Below, one piece after another: positions 9,556 through 17,393 of a stretch of 64,000 nt of DNA. A program made the translations under genes and the position numbers. The notes beneath the pieces are model-generated. The model did no database searches and was not told the DNA's origin. It saw only the letters and a program-made list of their open reading frames with translations. The first letter of the stretch is position 1; each line of letters begins with the position of its first letter. The stretch is from Actinokineospora auranticolor. Lineage in GTDB: Bacteria; Actinomycetota; Actinomycetes; Mycobacteriales; Pseudonocardiaceae. The stretch is taken from assembly GCF_041897805.1 (NCBI RefSeq), contig NZ_CP154825.1:4786024-4850023 (forward strand), read 5' to 3'.

Positions 9556-10116
9556 CTACCCGAGCGCGAGCTGTCCCCGGTCGATGAGACCACGAATGAA
9601 GGGAGGCCAATCGTCGGCCAACTTCTCGGCCAGGGCTTGTCGGACGGCATCTCGTTCACCCTCGGTGAGAACTTCACTCGATCCGTCGCCATAGTGCACC
9701 CGGTGGACAATGGCGGCGTTGCCGATGTGCATCAAAGCCCGTCGGCTGACGGTCATGAACAGGCCCAAGGTGTTGCCGGGAATGTAGTTGAGCGCGGAGA
9801 GCCAATCCACCTCCAGCGCCGCCCACGACGACCCCTGCTCGTCCAGCCACCTGGTGACATCGGTGAAGAACACAACCCGCTGGTCCGGGTGCTCGCGCGC
9901 ATAGCGGCGGCAGCAGCTCGCCACGTCCAGTGCGTGCGGAGGGTGCGTTCCCTCCTTGACGAACCGGGTATCGAACGCGAACGCGCCCTCGACCATCGCC
10001 TCCGTCGACCATTCATCGATATCGAGGGCGTGCACCACCCAGAAGGGCGGCTGCATGATGTTGCGAACGAGGTCCTCGTCGCTCGAGCGTGGAGGGTGTG
10101 ACTGCACGGGTAGCAC
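9556..10116 (-). CDS. Hypothetical protein (186 aa), lower-GC codon usage
   Basis: Protein-like sequence (FFTDVTRWLDEQGSSWAALEVDWLSALNYIPGNTLGLFMTVSRRALMHIGNAAIVHRVHY…). First gene after a 735-bp lower-GC intergenic region. Contains noticeably more A/T-ending codons than its neighbours. Confidence 0.55.
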   Translation of the reverse strand: MLPVQSHPPRSSDEDLVRNIMQPPFWVVHALDIDEWSTEAMVEGAFAFDTRFVKEGTHPPHALDVASCCRRYAREHPDQRVVFFTDVTRWLDEQGSSWAALEVDWLSALNYIPGNTLGLFMTVSRRALMHIGNAAIVHRVHYGDGSSEVLTEGERDAVRQALAEKLADDWPPFIRGLIDRGQLALG

Positions 10117-10850
10117 GTTAGTGGATCTTCCCGTGCTGGAGTCCGCTATCGCCGAAGACGAGGAGGGCTCAATTTTGGCTGGGGCTCGACAGGGTGGTCA
10201 TACCGGCAGTCGGCACAACGACCGTTGTCGCCTGCCATCGCGCAGGGTTGAGCGAGCGCCTGTTGAGATGATCCGGGCGTGGTTCCGGTAGCGTGAGCCG
10301 TCTGGGCACGGGCCTGTCGACTCGGGCGTTCGCGGCCCTGGTGGCAGAGCTCGGCCTGGCTTGAGATGTCCGTGCAGACGCACGGCGGGTGGCTCAGCCG
10401 CGTCTGCGCACAGTGGCTGCCAATTGTGGCCACCACAGGCAGATACCGCGCAACGGCGCTCTGGCCGGATGGGGCTCGGCGTGCCGGGACAAGCCCATCT
10501 GGTCGCCCTCACGGCCAGCACCTCCGCCAGCCACGGAAACCACCGACGCCCAGTCATCGCTCCGACCGATCACACCAGGGCGCGATGTCGTTCCGCAGGC
10601 GCAGGTGCCGACCGCCATTCCGGGAACTCAGGGGAAGGCGGACGCCGTCGGTGCGCGCAGGCGGAGACGCCGATGTCGAGGAAACGAGTTCGAACGCCTC
10701 GCTCATGACGCGGCCGAGCACGAATACGAAAACACTTTGCATTCTCCGGGGTGTCACGCTAGCGATTCTTCGCCAACCGCCGGACAACCGGTGACCGCTT
10801 GGCTACTATCTGTTCGTTGGTGCCGTCAGATGCGCTGAGAGTCTCAGAGC

Positions 10851-11672
10851 GTGTTTGAGAACGTTGGTGATCTTCAGGCGTTGGATGACGCGGTGGTGGC
10901 GTTGAGTGCGTTGAGGGAAGTGGCGCCCATAGGGCTTCCCGAGCGGGTCGAGGCGGTGGAGAACCTCGGTGTGTTGCTGCGGCTGCGGTTTGAGCGGCTT
11001 GGCGACCTCGACGACATCACCAGGTCCGTCGAAGCGCACCGGGAAGTGCTGGCGATCCTGTCACCCGACGATCCGACTTATCCTCGGCAGCAGGCTCAGC
11101 TTGCCAGTGCGCTGATGCCTCGGGGTGTCGCCACCACCGATCGGGGCGACTGCGAGGAAGCGCTGGGGTTGTGGCAGGACGCTCTTGCGGCGCTGCCGCC
11201 CGGTCATCCTGACGCGGGCCGCCACCGCCAGCTTGTGGGTGTGGGGCTTTCGGTACGGGCGGAGGTGTTCGGGTCGCTCCCCCATCGCAATGCGGCGGTT
11301 GCGTTTTGGCGGGCGGCGCTGGGCACTACCGAACCTGGGTCGCCTCAGCGGTTCATCGCTCGCGAGATGTTGGGGGCGAACCTGTTGGGTCGGTTCGCCG
11401 AGTTCACTGCCGATGCCGACCTGGCTGAAGCTCTCGCGGTGGCGCGGGACGCGCTCGCGGACGCGGGCCCCGAGCACCGCCTTCAGGCGACTCGCTCGCT
11501 CTGCAGTGCCCTTGACGCGCGGTTTCGGCGGTTCGGGGTTCGTGAAGACCTTGACGAACTCATCGAGCAGGGTGAGGTCGTACTGCACCTCATGCCCGCC
11601 GAGCACCCGGACCGGCCCGCTCACGAGCAGGGCATGGTCCACGCCCGCGCGCTACGCGACGATCGGGCCTAG
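10851..11672 (+). CDS. Stand-alone TPR-repeat protein (resembles the N-terminal repeat region of CHAT proteins)
   Basis: 273 aa of repeats of the type LGVLLRLRFERLGDLDDITRSVEAHREVL / LGANLLGRFAEFTADADLAEALAVARDAL. GTG start. The stop shares the palindromic CTAG with the convergent NTPase gene. Confidence 0.6.
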   Translation: MFENVGDLQALDDAVVALSALREVAPIGLPERVEAVENLGVLLRLRFERLGDLDDITRSVEAHREVLAILSPDDPTYPRQQAQLASALMPRGVATTDRGDCEEALGLWQDALAALPPGHPDAGRHRQLVGVGLSVRAEVFGSLPHRNAAVAFWRAALGTTEPGSPQRFIAREMLGANLLGRFAEFTADADLAEALAVARDALADAGPEHRLQATRSLCSALDARFRRFGVREDLDELIEQGEVVLHLMPAEHPDRPAHEQGMVHARALRDDRA

Positions 11673-14600
11673 CCCACTCTGCCGATCACGGACTCGACTG
11701 ATATCCGGGCCCACACCGCGCTCAATGTCGCGACGATCAGGGCGGCGGCGAAGGTTATCCAGAGCCCTGGGTCGGTCACGATGCGGTCGAACCAGGTGAT
11801 GGCGGCGATGCCGAGTAGCAGCACCGCCGATTTGGTGTCCGTGCAGACCGCGAATACCGAGAACGGCACGGTCGCGTAGTCGCTGCGTAGCGCGAACATC
11901 AAGGCCGACAGCACGGCGACCGCCACGACCAAGGCGGTGGCGATGGTGACCGGCACGGCGCCCCGCACAGCTGTGAAGACCCCGACGGCGGTGTACAGCG
12001 CGGCGGGCACCAGCAGCCGCAGGCCGAGCCACCTCGACGCGGTGTGTGAGCGGCGCAGCACCTCCCGGGTCCGCGCCAGTTCCGGATCGGGCCGTGGTGG
12101 TGCGGGGATGATCGGGAGGAGTTCGATCAGCTCCAGCGCGTCGGCGATGTCGTCCGGGGAGGCCGATAGGGAACGCAGCAGCGCCAACGATTCTTCGGCC
12201 TCACGTAGAGCCGCGTCGCGGTCGCCGCCCGCGCGCGCGGTGGCCAATGCCGACAACCGCAGCGTCCTGGCCAGGGGCAAGGTGAACGCGGCGGGTTCGG
12301 CGGCGGCCAGTGCTCGGTGTCGGACGACCGCGTCCTTGAGGATGGTGGCCGCCTCGGTGTGCTCGCCCTGTCGGTACAGCACCGCGCCCAGCCGGGCCGA
12401 TCCGTGTGCCACGTCGAACTCGAAGCCCTCCTCCACCGCGGCCAAGTCCCGGTAGCGCGCCAGCGACTCGCGCAGCACGGTCACCGCCTCGGGGACGCGG
12501 TCGAGTTCCGCCAGCAGCTCGCCGTGGTTGGCCAGCGCCCTCGCCAGGTGCGGCCGGAACACCTCGGGGACCGCGGCGGCCAGCGGTCGCAGCGCGGCGA
12601 TCGCGTCCACCCCCGTCGCGAGCGCCTCGGTCGACCGACCCGACGCGGCCAGCGCGAGGCTCAGGTTGACCAGTGCCGTGGCCAGGCTCCCGGCGGAGTC
12701 CGCGGTGTCCGCCTCGACGAGCGACCGGCACAGCCGTACCGACTCGGTGAGCGCCGCCACCGCCTCGGCCGGGCGGCCCGCGTCCACCAGCGCCAGGCCG
12801 TGGGCGGTGAGGGCCTTGTCCAACCGCCGCGTGCCCGCGAGTTCGCCCGCGTCGAGCAGGGCGCGGCTCAGCTCGACGGCCTCCGCCGCGGCGGTGACGG
12901 CGTCGGTGGGTCTGCCGTTCTCGGTCAGCCTGGCGCCCAAGTCGCTTAGCGCGGCGGCGAGACCGGCCGTCTCGCGCTCGGGGTCGCGCGCGGCCAGTCG
13001 TCTGCGCAGCGCCACCACTTCCGCGGCGACCGCGAGTGCCTCGGCCGGGCGACCGGCGGTCGCCAGGTCGGTGGCGTGGTTTCCCAACGCGATCGCGAGC
13101 CGGGGTTCGAACCGGTCCGGGTAGGTCGCGGCCGGGCCGCGCAGGCCCGCCACGGCCTCCCCCGCCGTCCGCACCGCGTCGGCGCGCCTGCCCGCGCGCG
13201 CCTGCGCGACCGCCAGGGCGGCGCGCGCCTCGGCCAGGCTCACCGCGTGCGCGGTCGGGTTGCGTTCGGCCTCCACGCGGAAGATGGCCACGGCCTCCTC
13301 CGCCGCGTCCACGGCCTCTTGGGGCCGCTGCGCGGTGGCGAGCCGGTCCGCGAGGTGGGTCAGCGTGACGGCCAGGTGGACGCGTTGGGTGCTGTTGTCC
13401 TCGGTGGCGACGCCGCGGAACAGGGCGACGGCCTCGACGGTCGACTCCAGCGCCGCCGGGTGCCGGTCCGCGTCCGCCAACGCCGTCCCGAGGTCGCCCA
13501 GGGCGATGGCCAGGTCGGGCGTGTGGACGAGCCGGTTCGCCTCGACCAGTTCACGCAGCAGCGCGACCCGCTCCTCGAACACCGCGACCGCCGCCGCCCA
13601 CTCCCCCTTGTCCCTCAGGCGAGTGCCGTGAACGCGCAGCAGCGCCACGGACTCGTCGGGGGACTCGTCGGGGTCTCGCGGCAGCGCGATCGCCTCGTCG
13701 GAGACGGCTTCCGCCTCCCGCACCCGGCCCACGGCCGTGTAGTGGCTCGCCAGGTTCCCCAACGACCGGGACAGTGCGACGGCGAACCGTTCCGGGTCGA
13801 CGGCGAAGAGCGCGCGGTGCGCCGCCACCGCTTCCTCCCCGAGCCGCACGGCTTCGTCGCGGCGGCCCAGGCTCGCCATGGCGATGCCCAGGTTGTCCAC
13901 GCCCGCCGCCAAGGTGCCCGCGTGGGCGTCGGGATCGGCGGCGTGCAGTTCGCGGCGCAGCGCCACGCACTCGGTGAACGCCGCCAGCGCCTCGTCGAAC
14001 CGGTCCGCGGCGAGCAATCGGGACCCGAGCGCGCCGTACAACACCGCTTTGGTCGCGAGATCGGTCTCCTCGACCAGCCTACGTCCGATGTGGACATTGG
14101 CCACCGCGGCGACCCCGGCCGCCAGGTCCGGGTCGACCGCGGCGGGGAACCGTTCGATGATGCCGGTCAGCGTGGTCTGGTCGATCCCCGGAATGGTCGC
14201 GACCACGCCCAACGCGCCACTGCCCGCCGCCACGGCCAGGTGCGGATCACGGCGCAGCAGGGGAAGCAACAACGTCTCGGCGACGTGCGGCCAGCGGTGC
14301 GCCGCGGCGGCCAGGAACGTGACCGCGCGGGGTGTCCAGTCGGCGGGCTCACGGCTCGTCGGCACCCGCGCGAGGACCGCCCGCGCCGTCTCGGCCGCCC
14401 AGGGCGCGGCCGGGTGGTCCGCGTCGTGGCCCGGCAGGGTGAGCGCGAGGAAGTCCTCGGCCAGGCGGTCCGGGTAGAGCGGTTCCAGGGCCGCGCCGTC
14501 CTCCGGCGGGTAGCACGCGGCGTGGTCGCCGACGGCGTCGTCCGGCAGGTCCAGGCGGTCGGCGACGACGCGCTCGGCGGCGGCGAGGGGTTGGGCGCCG

Positions 14601-15562
14601 GTCAGCGTCGCGGTGAACACGACCCGGTGCATGGCCTCGGGGGTCGTGCGGTAGCCGTCGCGGCGTTCGTGCATGAGGTGCCAGTGCAGGTGTTCGCGGT
14701 CGAGCAGGTACGCGGTCGTGCCCGCCAGGTCGGCGGGCGGGGTGCGACTGGCCGCGTGCGCGTCCACGGCGACCAAGGCCGTCATGTGCACGGCGAGCGT
14801 GAGACCGAACTCGGGGTTGCCGTCGAGGTCGGGTGGCTGCCGCACGTCCGCCGGGTCAATCAGGTCGTAGTAGGGGGCGAAGGCGTCGCGGGCGGCGGTG
14901 AACATGGTCGTGCGGTCGGCCGGTGGCAGGGTCGTGAGCGCCGAAGAGGACGTCCGGGAGCGCAACGCGACCAACGCGCCGCGCACGGCGGGCCAGGCGG
15001 TGTCGGTTCGGGCGATCAGCAGCAGCCGGGTCCGCGTGCCGGGTTGGGCGAACAGCGCGTTGCTCAGCAGCCACCGCAGGTGGGTTTGCGGCCACTGGTC
15101 GGCGTAGTCGACGACCAGCAGCACCCCGGCCTTCCCGTCGACACGCAGGTCCTGGCTGCCCGGCGCGACGGCGACGGCCCCCGGGCCGTGGGTGGCGGTG
15201 ACGACCAGCCAGCCCGCCGCGTCGGACTCGGCCGCGAGCCGGTCGGCGAGACGGGTCTTACCCGCGCCGCCGGGGCCGTGCAACCAGTGCGCGGCGAGGT
15301 CGCCGTCCGCGTCGCGCCAGGCCCGGAGCCGGTCGAGTTCGTCGGCGCGGCTGGTGAACCCGACCACCGCGCTGCGGGCGTGCAGCAGTCGGCTGGGGAC
15401 CTCCCGCAGCCACGCGTCGGGTGGGGGCGTCGGCGGTGACCAGCGCCGGAGCAGGTACAGCGGCGCGCCGTCGCCCAGGACGTGGATGTCCGCGCCGATC
15501 ACGCCGTAGGCGAAGCCGCCGGTGGCGGTCACGTGCTGGACGGCGCCGTCCGCGGCCGTCAC
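11669..15562 (-). CDS. STAND-type P-loop NTPase with TPR array and C-terminal 4-TM domain
   Basis: Starts at a GTG overlapping the TGA of the upstream small gene (VTAADGAVQHVTATGGFAYGVIGADIHV…). Walker A is WLHGPGGAGKTRLADRL. Walker B-like motif is GVLLVVDYADQW, followed by TRLLLIARTDTAWP. About 13 TPR units follow (…AIALGNHATDLATAGRPAEALAVAAEVVALRRRL…). Four hydrophobic helices sit at the C-terminus (WLGLRLLVPAALYTAVGVFTAV…LSAVWARISV). The ORF-track extension to 17269 is read-through into the opposite-strand ROK gene and is rejected. Confidence 0.8.
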   Translation of the reverse strand: MTAADGAVQHVTATGGFAYGVIGADIHVLGDGAPLYLLRRWSPPTPPPDAWLREVPSRLLHARSAVVGFTSRADELDRLRAWRDADGDLAAHWLHGPGGAGKTRLADRLAAESDAAGWLVVTATHGPGAVAVAPGSQDLRVDGKAGVLLVVDYADQWPQTHLRWLLSNALFAQPGTRTRLLLIARTDTAWPAVRGALVALRSRTSSSALTTLPPADRTTMFTAARDAFAPYYDLIDPADVRQPPDLDGNPEFGLTLAVHMTALVAVDAHAASRTPPADLAGTTAYLLDREHLHWHLMHERRDGYRTTPEAMHRVVFTATLTGAQPLAAAERVVADRLDLPDDAVGDHAACYPPEDGAALEPLYPDRLAEDFLALTLPGHDADHPAAPWAAETARAVLARVPTSREPADWTPRAVTFLAAAAHRWPHVAETLLLPLLRRDPHLAVAAGSGALGVVATIPGIDQTTLTGIIERFPAAVDPDLAAGVAAVANVHIGRRLVEETDLATKAVLYGALGSRLLAADRFDEALAAFTECVALRRELHAADPDAHAGTLAAGVDNLGIAMASLGRRDEAVRLGEEAVAAHRALFAVDPERFAVALSRSLGNLASHYTAVGRVREAEAVSDEAIALPRDPDESPDESVALLRVHGTRLRDKGEWAAAVAVFEERVALLRELVEANRLVHTPDLAIALGDLGTALADADRHPAALESTVEAVALFRGVATEDNSTQRVHLAVTLTHLADRLATAQRPQEAVDAAEEAVAIFRVEAERNPTAHAVSLAEARAALAVAQARAGRRADAVRTAGEAVAGLRGPAATYPDRFEPRLAIALGNHATDLATAGRPAEALAVAAEVVALRRRLAARDPERETAGLAAALSDLGARLTENGRPTDAVTAAAEAVELSRALLDAGELAGTRRLDKALTAHGLALVDAGRPAEAVAALTESVRLCRSLVEADTADSAGSLATALVNLSLALAASGRSTEALATGVDAIAALRPLAAAVPEVFRPHLARALANHGELLAELDRVPEAVTVLRESLARYRDLAAVEEGFEFDVAHGSARLGAVLYRQGEHTEAATILKDAVVRHRALAAAEPAAFTLPLARTLRLSALATARAGGDRDAALREAEESLALLRSLSASPDDIADALELIELLPIIPAPPRPDPELARTREVLRRSHTASRWLGLRLLVPAALYTAVGVFTAVRGAVPVTIATALVVAVAVLSALMFALRSDYATVPFSVFAVCTDTKSAVLLLGIAAITWFDRIVTDPGLWITFAAALIVATLSAVWARISVESVIGRVG

Positions 15563-15894
15563 CGGTGCTCCCGACCTGGGCCCGCCGGGTGGTTGACGAT
15601 GTCGCCGCCGATCACGCCCTGCGCGATCCCGCCCCCGGACGCCGTGATGGTCTGGGTCGGCGCGGGCGCCCGCCGGGACTGCGCCAGGGTCACGACCAGC
15701 GACACCAGCCCCAGCACGAGCGACGCGCCGCCGATGAACATGCTCACCACGCTCGCCTGCGAGTCCCGCTCGTCCAGTGGCAGCCGGAAGTACCCGACCA
15801 GCGCGCGGACCAGCCACACCCCGGCCACGACCACCACCGCTGTGGCGACCGCCGCGCCGATCACCCAGACCCGTCTCCGGTTCGCCACCCGCAC
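15559..15894 (-). CDS. Small 2-TM membrane protein whose C-terminal tail repeats the NTPase N-terminal motif
   Basis: 111 aa with a GTG start. Two hydrophobic helices, then …ITASGGGIAQGVIGGDIVNHPAGPG at the C-terminus. Its stop overlaps the NTPase start (GTGA). Confidence 0.6.
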   Translation of the reverse strand: MRVANRRRVWVIGAAVATAVVVVAGVWLVRALVGYFRLPLDERDSQASVVSMFIGGASLVLGLVSLVVTLAQSRRAPAPTQTITASGGGIAQGVIGGDIVNHPAGPGREHR

Positions 15895-16106
15895 CTCCGG
15901 CCGTCGTTGTCTCGATCATGCACGGTTCGCGCGCGCCGGTGGGCGGTATGCGCGGAACGCACCCGCGCGTTCGAGTGGTCGGGATTCCCGGGCCGGTCGG
16001 GAAACACCCCCCGAACGGCCCAAGCGCCTGGTGCGCGGTCCGGCGCAAGTGGTTCCGCGCTGTGGACGCGGGTTCCGCGCGCGGCGGATCGTGCGAGCAT
16101 CGGGGG

Positions 16107-17282
16107 ATGTCCGCGATCTCGGTACCCGGCGAAGACCGGTTCGCGTCCAGTACGGCGATGATGCTGCGCGCGGTGTTGCGCCACGGTCCGCTGTCGCGGC
16201 GGGCACTGGGGCGGTTGGTCGGCATGAGCGGGTCGACGATGACCCGGCACAGCGCGGTCCTCTTGGACACCGGGCTGATCCGGGAGACCGAGGGCAGGCC
16301 CGACGGGCGGGTGGGCAGGCCGCACGTGCCGCTCGCGGTGAACCCCCGGGCCTGCGAGGTGATCGGGGTGCACCTCGCGCACGAGTTCGGCACCGTGGCG
16401 GTGGCCGACCTGTGTGGACGGATCATCCGCCAGCGGCGCGTGGAGTACCGCGGCGATTCCCCCGGCGCGGCCGTCGACTCGGTGGCCGCGGTCGCCGCGC
16501 GGTGGGTCGAACCCGGGCGGACCAGGGCGGTCGGTGTCGCCACCGGCGGCTGGGTCGACGCCGACCAGGGCGTGCTGGTCTCGCACCCGTCCCTCGGGTG
16601 GCGGTCGGTGCCGGTGCGCGACATCGTGGCCAACCGGGTCCGGCTGCCGGTGCACGTGGACAACCACACGCGCGGTCTGGTGCAGGCCGAGGGGCTGTTC
16701 GGTGACGTCGACCCCGAGCAGTCGGTGCTGTTCCTGTTCGTGGGCAACGTGGTCGACGCCGCCGTGCGCACGGGACGGGAGGTGCACCGGGGGCCGCGCT
16801 CGGGCGCGGGGGTGGTCGCCCACCTGCCGGTCGGCGACCCGGCGATCCCCTGCCCCGACGGGCACACCGGCTGCTTCGAGGCCACGGTGGCGGACCAGGC
16901 GTGGGCGCGGCGGGTGTCGGGCGCGTCGTTCTGGGACCTGCTGGGCAAAGCCCAGGGCGGGGACGCGCGGGCGCGGGAATTGTTCGTCGCGCGCGGCGGG
17001 ATCGTCGGCCGGGCCGCCGCGCTGTTGTACGACATCGTCAACCCCGATGTGCTGATCGTCGCGGAATTGGGCGCCTCGGCCATCCCGGAATGCCTTGACG
17101 CGATCCGCGCCGAGGTCGGTCGGCGGTCGCTGCTGTGCTCCTCCCCCACCACCTCGATCCGGGCGAGCGCGTTCCCACCTGCCGAGATCCTGGCCGTGTC
17201 GGCGGCCGGGGTCGCTCTGGCCGAGGTGTACGCGGATCCGATAGGGGCGGTGCGGACTTCCCACTTCATGGGCCGGAGTTAA
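16107..17282 (+). CDS. ROK-family transcriptional regulator
   Basis: N-terminal HTH (LSRRALGRLVGMSGSTMTRHSAVLLDTGLIRE) followed by a ROK sugar-kinase-like fold (VGVATGGWVD, LPVHVDNHTRGL, CPDGHTGCFEA zinc motif). Start at MSAISVPGE…. The track's N-terminal extension is rejected. Confidence 0.8.
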   Translation: MSAISVPGEDRFASSTAMMLRAVLRHGPLSRRALGRLVGMSGSTMTRHSAVLLDTGLIRETEGRPDGRVGRPHVPLAVNPRACEVIGVHLAHEFGTVAVADLCGRIIRQRRVEYRGDSPGAAVDSVAAVAARWVEPGRTRAVGVATGGWVDADQGVLVSHPSLGWRSVPVRDIVANRVRLPVHVDNHTRGLVQAEGLFGDVDPEQSVLFLFVGNVVDAAVRTGREVHRGPRSGAGVVAHLPVGDPAIPCPDGHTGCFEATVADQAWARRVSGASFWDLLGKAQGGDARARELFVARGGIVGRAAALLYDIVNPDVLIVAELGASAIPECLDAIRAEVGRRSLLCSSPTTSIRASAFPPAEILAVSAAGVALAEVYADPIGAVRTSHFMGRS

Positions 17283-17393
17283 TTTCGCCGGTCGCATAGT
17301 TGACCGGTCGCGACGGGCTGAAACAGGATGGGACCACTTCGCAGCACCGCGTCGAATGCGGTGTGCCTCCCCATTCGCACGCTTGGAGCGCGC

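Noticed and set aside
10100-10850. Searched low-GC intergenic regions (also 33640–34180 and 40861–41460) for tRNA/tmRNA/sRNA hallmarks (GGTTCGA T-loop, cloverleaf spacing)
   Set aside because: No T-loop or anticodon-arm pattern found. Cannot exclude sRNAs without covariance-model scanning.
13076-15439. 787-aa plus-strand ORF opposite the NTPase-TPR gene
   Set aside because: Composition-driven (R/G/V/D-rich) mirror ORF of a well-supported minus-strand gene. No domain signatures.
15541-15660. Apparent 10-nt discrepancy between printed line numbering (line 15601 shows only five 10-mers) and ORF-track coordinates
   Set aside because: Formatting or counting issue, not biology. The translated protein is continuous across it. 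ORF-track coordinates were used for all features in this neighbourhood.
15895-17269. N-terminal ~570 aa of the 1866-aa track ORF 11669..17269
   Set aside because: Arg/Pro/Gly low-complexity read-through antisense to the ROK regulator gene. The real NTPase start is the GTG at 15562, overlapping the upstream small gene's stop.
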